DNA from: Eledone cirrhosa
Taxonomy: Eukaryota
DNA length: 64,000 nucleotides
Assembly (NCBI GenBank): GCA_964016885.1
Contig: OZ024742.1
Coordinates: forward strand, 355,694,001 to 355,758,000
Reading direction: 5' to 3'
Under the pieces are notes generated by a model. It was not told the origin of the DNA. It saw nothing but the letters and a program-made list of their open reading frames with translations, and ran no database searches. Positions 55,598 through 64,000 of the stretch are shown in pieces (within the stretch, counting starts at the first letter, position 1; the number at the start of each line of letters is the position of its first letter). The position numbers and the translations under genes are program-made.

Positions 55598-58500
55598 TTA
55601 GCTAAGCAAAACAAGACCACAAATTTCACAAGGTAGATATTATTGAAAGATTGTCAACACATTTTAGTTTGATATAAGGAGTGTAGCTATTAATAATAAT
55701 AATGTCCGTTTACAATTGTTTCGCAACTCCATATAATATTTCTGGATCAAATGACTATATATATTTATTGATCTGGTCCAGTTGAAATTAATTAACATAA
55801 TTAAAGATAGAGCGGCTCATCGGAACTTCAAAGGAATATAAATTAAAATAAGGAAAGAATGTTACATAATGTAATGTTCCATATATTGGTATTTCACTGT
55901 GGTGTCCTGGGTGTATCAATTGTCTGCCATAATCAAGCAGTATTCTTCTGTCGAGGCTGCATTGTGTGAGATCTGCCTATGAGTAACAAGATGGCGGCCA
56001 ATGGACATATTTACCTTACTAATTAGAGGGTGGTTTAAGGGGATGTAACTCCTTGAGAGATTAGAAATGGTGGGTAGTTTATAGTTAAGTGCTAATTGTT
56101 TTATTTTTTTTATTGAGAAACAGTGTAGGGGAGGTAACTTATAATTATCTAAGTTAGTTATAGCTATTTAACTTATTAGCTACAAGTAACAATGGGGCTA
56201 GATGACTATGTTGGGACAAATATTCTGTTGGCGAAGGAATTGGCCTTTCTATGTTGACAGCTAATAGTTACCTCCGTTCTATCGTTAATCGGTAGGGGTC
56301 GTGATAGTGTTATGTAATATGCTTTGGTAATACAGAGATCACAAGCTTTTCTTCGTCCATTGAACGGTTGGGCCCTAGCTAAGATATCCCATGTTAGTGA
56401 GTGTTCAATGTTGGTTAATTTAAGGTTTTTAATTAGCCTAGCTAGAGATGTCGAACATCTGTTGTTAGGGTCTCGGAAGGAAAAAGAGTGCACGTTATAG
56501 CGCACCTTAAAAGGGTTAGAGGTAGACCCGATATAGGAGCTGGTATTCGAAGCAGTTTTAACCGTGCACCTATAGACCATGTTGGGTGTCAGGCAGTGTC
56601 CATTTAGTGGGCATGCATTAGAGTAACGGCAGTTGCAGTTGCTTCTGCGGTTAGAAAAGTAGGGTAGTTTAACCTAAGTGGTTGGTCAGTGTTAGAAGGA
56701 TTAGATGGGGAGGTGTGCTACTAGAGTAATTATTGGTGTAGTGGCGTGTTGTATTTGATAGGGGTGGTGGTACTGTGGTGTGGGAGTTATACTGTTTAGT
56801 TTATGATGGTTACAGAATGCGATGTGGCTAGCTAGGTTAGGTGTTGTGGAGAATGAGATTTTAATGTTATTTTTATTAAAGAGTTTGTAATATCTATGGT
56901 TGGGGGTTTAGATAGGATAGAGAAGAAGCGTTTAGGGATATTAGTGGCTAAATTAGAATGGGGGGGTTAAGCCAGGTGATATTTCTGGGCATATTCCTTC
57001 TAGGGGTTCTAGTGGAGTTGGTAGGGGCCTTCTTAGGGTTATTATTACCTGGGCATTTGTTATTTGTCATCCCATTGCTCATTCCTATTCTAGGGTTGAT
57101 TTTTAGTTTGGTACTTGGAGTGGGGAGCAGGCCGCTGCCACCATTAAAGTTCCTTGTATAAGTGATGTAACTGCTAAAATTCCGGCGAAACTGGCTATAT
57201 GCTAAGGTATTTTTAGTTCTATTGTCAAGTTTATTATGGGGAATTGCTGCGTTATGGCATTTAGGTATGTAGTAAATGGATTGTTCATAACCAGATTCAG
57301 AAAGCGCCTTATTATAAAATGGTGCATGGTTTATAAATATCTCCTCATTTGCTGATAGAATGGAGATCCTATACGAGATAGATTTGATTACTGCTCTGAT
57401 GACTGCCGGTGGGTGGTTAGAGTGTGGGATAATATATGTAAGTATTTCACCTGGTTTATGGTAACGATAATATAGGTTATTGTTAAGATCCAGGCTGACG
57501 TCTAGGAAGTGTACTACTTCATGGTTCGGCTCGATGTTGATAGAGAGACCGTTATAATTAAAGAATCTATGTAATTGTTTTTTGAGCAAATCAATGCCCC
57601 GATTAGTGCAATTGTGGTCTCCAAATACGGCGCCGTCCCTGTATATTCCGCCTTGCAACGGTTGGATTTCGGCTCTGATGTTATGTAATAGGTAAATTCC
57701 AACTAAATCGGTGATTTGCGCAGAGTCACTTGAGCACTTGGTGATGTCAAAGTTGTCTGTTCTGTCTTTTCTACTCCAGAGTGCTCCGTTGTTTTAAATG
57801 ATGGTCTACCTAGCCATAAGTATGAAGTCAATCTCATTATTGGTTATGTCCGAGTTGGTGCTGGCTAGGGTTAATGTTTTGTTGAGCAGTTCCAGGGTTA
57901 TTGAAACCTTATAGCTGTCACTGTCAAATTGGATGAACCTCATAGATTGCTTGGACCTTAGATCGGAGAAAAATCTAATGACTTGGCCGTTATTGGACCA
58001 CAAAGTGTAGGTGATATCATCCCGTAAACCAGGAATGATCCTATCAAGGATGTTCTTACTGATACGACCCAGGTCGGATGTGGTTGGGCTTATCAGTCTA
58101 ATTGATGGGTTCTATATACAATTTGGCTTATTATCCTTGAGAGAGAATACTTCTTGATTATGGCAGACAATTGATCTACCCAGAACACCATAGTGAAATA
58201 CCAATATATAGAACATTACATTATGTAGCATTCTTTCCTTATTTTAATTTATATTCCTTTGAAGTTCCGATGAGCCGCTCTATCTTTAATTATGTTAATT
58301 ATTTTCAACTAAACCAGATCAATAATGAGATATAGTCATTTGATCCAGAAATATTATATGGAGTAGCAGAAACAATTGTAAACGGACAGTATTATTATTA
58401 ATATTATTATTATTATTTTTTACATTTCTTACATCAAACTAAAATATGTTGACAATCTTTTAATAATGTCTTCCTTGTGAAATATGTGGTCTTGTTTTGC

Positions 58501-58690
58501 TTCACTAATGAATATTTCCAGCTCTGCGCGCCTAACGTCTGAATGAACCCAGCTACCTAGCTTCTTCCCACTGCATATTGCACATTGAGCACATGCCATT
58601 ACGCTTTGGTTTCTAACTAATTCACCAATCTCTGCTCTCCTATCTCCTCTCCTTTCTTAATCTCTCTCTTTACGATGGGTTACTCTTGAA

Positions 58691-58695
<5 letters not shown>
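55593..58695 (-). mobile_element. Naiad-type PLE pseudogene (RT-GIY-YIG 56206-58150) bracketed by inverted pLTRs, each with a giant-helix-II hammerhead motif
   Basis: PSIRLISPT.SDLGRISK, FIQFD, FDIT..SDSAQITDL, GIYRD, CNCRYSNACPL, YIGST; 55593-55911 inverts 58179-58513; CCGATGA...GAAA CAATTG TA at 55708-55826 (-) and 58264-58383 (+). Confidence 0.9.
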
Positions 58696-58756
<61 letters not shown>

Positions 58757-58761
<5 letters not shown>

Positions 58762-59030
58762 TAAAAGGAATACCAACTTTGTCTGATTTACTCGTTTTAT
58801 TTACAATCCTTTAAAATTTATAATGGTATTAGAATGAAATAGAATGGTAGAATATTAAATGTTAAGTGTTAATTGAAAATTTAACACTTAACATTTAATA
58901 TGCTACCATACTATTTCATTCTAATACAATTATAAATTTTAAAGGATTCTAAATAAAACGAGTAAATCAGACAAAGTTGCAATTCCATTTATTAATATAA
59001 TCTTCTATACACATTAATACACACCCGTAT
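58757..59030. mobile_element. Fold-back element with tail; single-arm copy at 44935-45082
   Basis: Arms 58757-58872 and 58881-58997. Confidence 0.8.
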
Positions 59031-59035
59031 ATGTG

Positions 59036-59157
<122 letters not shown>

Positions 59158-59827
59158 AATAAGCAATTCGTTTATATATATATCTTTAAAGGCTCTCTAA
59201 AATTTGAATTCTTTGAAGGGTCTCTCGGAAGAGGTTCTTATTAAAAATATTAAAGGGGCCTTTTCTGAGGGATTTTTTGAAGTCTTTTTGAATTAACCTT
59301 TAATTGATTAGTTTCTTTCAACTTAGTAGAGATTATCAAAACTTCGTAAATTCTCTGACATTTTTTAACGTGTTCACTGGGGAAAAACATTTTTTTTCTT
59401 TCGAAGGATTTTTTAGGAAACTTTATGTTTTTTTAGGAACTTTATATTTTTATTTTTTTATTTTTTTATTTTTTTAGTCTCTTAATCTCATCTGGTTTGT
59501 TAGGTTTATTGGGGCTTATAAGCTTTATGCACTTATTGAGGGATTTTTAAGGTGCTTCTACGAGATCCCAAGTCTTTTACTTTTAATGCGTAAATTATAA
59601 ATTATCTAATTTTTAACCTTCAATCCCTTACTCTTAGGCCCTTTTCAATTTCTCTTAACTCCCCATAACCCATCCCTTTTACAACTCCGACAACTAATAT
59701 TAAAGAGCCCCCTTAGAATATAGACCCCAAATTTACAAGCGGAGCTGCTGATGTATACCACAATTTCAAACTGCTAATCTTGAGTGAAACGTTGATGTAG
59801 ATAATGAACTTACAATCACCTGTTATA

Positions 59828-59874
59828 TGCCTTGAAAAGTCCCAGCATATGGTCGGACGAAACGGCTGTCGGCA
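59828..59874 (+). ncRNA. Intact hammerhead with U3-A8 core and GTC cleavage site
   Basis: TGCC TTGAAAA GTCC-CAGCATATGGTC-GGAC GAAA CGGCTG TC GGCA. Confidence 0.8.
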
Positions 59875-59921
59875 ATAAACTTGATATAATGTCATAATAT
59901 TTCCTTTGTTCTTTTTCATTA

Positions 59922-60026
<105 letters not shown>

Positions 60027-60066
60027 TATAATATATATAAATATATATATATACATTTATATACAT

Positions 60067-60255
<189 letters not shown>

Positions 60256-60519
60256 TATTAGAACGTGAGGGTATTTTTACAAATTGAAAAATAACCGAGG
60301 TGTCCTACACGAGTGAAAGTATAAAGAAAAATAGATGAAAACGAAAATGCAAGTGGAGTCTTATTTTTTTTTTAAATATATATATTTATTTGGTTCCTTT
60401 ACCGGTTTCGCAGTTCTTGTGCTTTTCAAAAGGTGAGTTAAGCTGGAGGGTCTGTGGTTTTTCTCAATACTTCATACAAAGAATGAATAAAGAAAGTCAT
60501 ACCTAGATATCTGGAATTT

Positions 60520-60980
<461 letters not shown>

Positions 60981-61007
60981 GTATAAAAAGATACACACAC
61001 ACATATG

Positions 61008-63313
61008 TATTTCGCTAAGACACTCACAGTGGTTAAGAATTTCGAAGTTCATGTCATCCTCAATGCGCAAAAGTCGGTGATTAATTTCGACGACTCTATT
61101 TGGATTAAAAAATCCAGTAGTACCCCATTCGACGTGAGTATGAGCGCCAGCGATTCTGCGGAGGTTACTGATCTTATCGGCCTTTTCCTTCTTTTCTCTA
61201 TCAAGGACGAATTCCCCAACGTGGCTGGTGGTTTATACCGTGATGATGGTCCTTTGACCATGACTAAGTGCGGCCCACGTGCTTGCGAAAGGTTCAGAAA
61301 AGAACTCATAGCCTTCTTTAAAGGCTTCAACCTCTCTATACAGGTTGAGGCCAACCTCTCGGTCGTTAATTACCTCGATGTTCCCCTCAATTTATCGAAT
61401 GGCTTGTATTACCCATATAGAAAGCCGAATGATACGCTTAATTACAAAAGTAAGCATCCAACCATGCCAGCATAACCAAGAACCTGGTAAGAAACGTTTC
61501 GTTGAGGCTTCCTGTCTATCTACTAACGAGCATATTTTCAACGACCATTCCACATATTACAATGAAGCTCTTTCTCGGAGTGGATTTGTCGATAAGGTAG
61601 CATACACAGAGTACGAGAATAGACCTAGAAGAAATAGATCCCGACCCATTATATGGTATAACCCACCATATAATATGGAGGGGGCCACACCATTAGCTAA
61701 GATCTTTCTTTCCCTTATTACGATGCTTTTTTTCCCCCTACACATAAATATAGTAAAATTGTTAATATAAAAACTATTAAAATGTCTTACTCTACGACTC
61801 CTAACCTTGCACATAACATCACAGCTTCAAATTTAGCTAAACTACCTAGCCGTAGGAACACGTGCAACCCTGTAGTTAGTACTAACTGTAATTTTAGGAA
61901 TCGTGTTGATTGCCCCTATCCGGGAAATGCCTCTCTAGTAACATTGTCTACAAATACAAGGTTGAAACGCCCACGTCCCGTAGGTCCTACATAGGGTTAA
62001 CCGCCAATAGATTCAAGCAGCCTCTTTACATGCATACCCATTATTTTCGTTACCGTATAAGAAGGAATATGACGTCACTTTCAGCTTATATATGCAGTCT
62101 AAAAGACAACCACACCCAATATAAGTTACACTGGGAGATCCTAGCTGGGGCTAGATCGTATAACGGAAATAAAAGAACTGTGACCTCTGCGCCGCTAGGT
62201 CCTTGGAAATACTCTACGCCACAGACCACATCTTAAACAAAAAATCTGATGCAATTTCTGCTTGTAAGCATAAATTGCACAAAACCTTCCTGTATTACAG
62301 CCCCACATTATCCCCTAACGGATAGTACGATATATACGCGGATATTTTACGTCTTGATGTGGTAGCTAAGTATATGTTATGTTTATACCATTACTTATTT
62401 GCATAGGTAAGTATATATTACCTGTATGTTTCGTGAAGGTACGTATACTTTCTCGTACGTATATTTGATTGTATATGTTATGGCGTATGTTTTATATATT
62501 CTGGTACATTTGCTTTTGGTAATGTGTATACGTGAGTTTTGCGTATGTGTGAGTACGCGGGATCGTACGTATGTAGGGTGTGTGTGTACATGTCTACTTC
62601 GTGTTTTGGTTGACGTACGTCTCCGAACATTTGTGTATTTACATGTAGGTATGTGTGTGCGCATGTTATATACGTATTTATTTATTTATATACGTTTATT
62701 TAATTATTTGTATACACGCACACACACACACACATATTTAAATGTGCGTGTATTTGTATACCTATGGCGAGTGTTTTTACGTATGCTTTTGTATGTACGT
62801 ATTTGGATGCCTGTATGTATTTATTTAAATTTAATTACCTCTGTATTTTATTTACTTTATTCTTAACTCTGATGCGGAGAATCATTCGGTTTCATAGTTA
62901 GAATTTTAGTCTACGACTTCAGTTATACCATTTACGTGGTTTTGTCTTTGCGTGCAATTGTTCTCTACGCTCCACATATGACGTATTATATTCGTTTTTT
63001 GCGTTCTTTGCCAGAGAACGTCTCTATGAACCACCTAAGAGAATAATAGTCTACGACTTCTTTTATACAATAAACGTGGTTCTGTCTTTTTCACCGCTCC
63101 AAATAAAGACGTATTATATTCGTTTTTTCCCGTTCTTTGCCAGGGAACGTTTCCACGAACCAAAGTATCGTCTTCCTGTCTACCCCCGGTTGCAACGTTT
63201 TTTGAAATATTCACTACTGCGTTTAAAGATTGACTTTGTTAGTTTCAGAAGATCCCGTTAAGGGTGAAAGCACCGATTCTTTGCTTAAACTTTAATCTGT
63301 TATTTTAATAAAT
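61008..63313 (+). mobile_element. Naiad-type PLE (same family as 7307-9650), 5'-truncated, with intron-containing 3' UTR
   Basis: Near-identical RT/GIY-YIG remnants 61008-62320; pLTR ends at (TA)n. Confidence 0.92.
62407..63143 (+). other. Spliceosomal intron in the PLE 3' UTR
   Basis: AG|GTAAGT donor and TTTTTTCCCGTTCTTTGCCAG acceptor; precisely absent from sister copies at 9391 and 7463. Confidence 0.85.
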
Positions 63314-64000
63314 ATATATATATATATATATATCAGAAGATATAATGGTTAAATAGTATTATCCGTACATTGCATCATAGTGCAACATATTGGACGAACC
63401 TCGAAAGATTTCACCTTTACAGACAAAAGAATATCGTATAACGGAATGTGTTTTTGTACAAAACCGATTACACTTAATTTCTTTCGTAAAATATATTTTT
63501 AACGCTCTGAACAGTAACTACATCGTTATAATATAACATTAATTGTGCAAAATGTATCTTTATTGAAAATATGTTCTTGGCAACAGAATATTTGTTTCAT
63601 ATAGCAGTTGAAATTCAATTTCCCTTCTACAACGCTATTTGGGAATAAAGTTGAACAAATAGTGTAAAGAAATGAAATTGTTTTCAAATATCTTCAAATT
63701 AAAAAATAGGAGGACGTTAATTGAAATTCAAAGAGCATAGATACCATGTATTGTGAGGGTAAATCAATTAAGTTGGAGGAAATATTTGGAGTAAATTGAA
63801 TTTACATTTTGCAATGTTAAATCGATAGTAGCTTCAACGCAACCTTTGCAAGATACAAATTATATCCCGGCAACAAGTAAAATAGTATTCTTTTATTTGT
63901 AAAGGTGAACTTTACCAGTTTGTTTTTTTAACTATGAAGCAAACATGAAATGACGTATATAACATAGTTGTATCTAAGCAGTCTTAAAAAGCCAGACTTC

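Overview
AT-rich, repeat-saturated animal DNA with no recognisable host exon. The SINE families and (TA)n/(CA)n density suggest an octopus-like cephalopod (inference). Most listed ORFs are microsatellite artefacts. The real coding remnants are decayed retroelements: at least 6 Naiad-type Penelope-like elements (PLEs; RT + CxCx5C + GIY-YIG), 2 other PLE fragments (one Neptune-type), an R4/Dong-like RT-RLE LINE, and CRE, Tx1/L1, RTE and Vingi fragments. tRNA-derived SINEs, a non-autonomous Helitron and a mariner MITE are also present. The main unexplained structure is a large set of short non-coding elements sitting in (TA)n tracts. They are built as fold-back palindromes or 0.5-1 kb tandem units, and most carry a type I hammerhead ribozyme motif (about 30 motifs, 15 or more sequence families, folded by eye). 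These include recurrent U3-A8 compensatory cores, position-4 variants and giant branched helix II inserts. One PLE family is present both with and without a precise 737-nt GT-AG intron in its 3' UTR.
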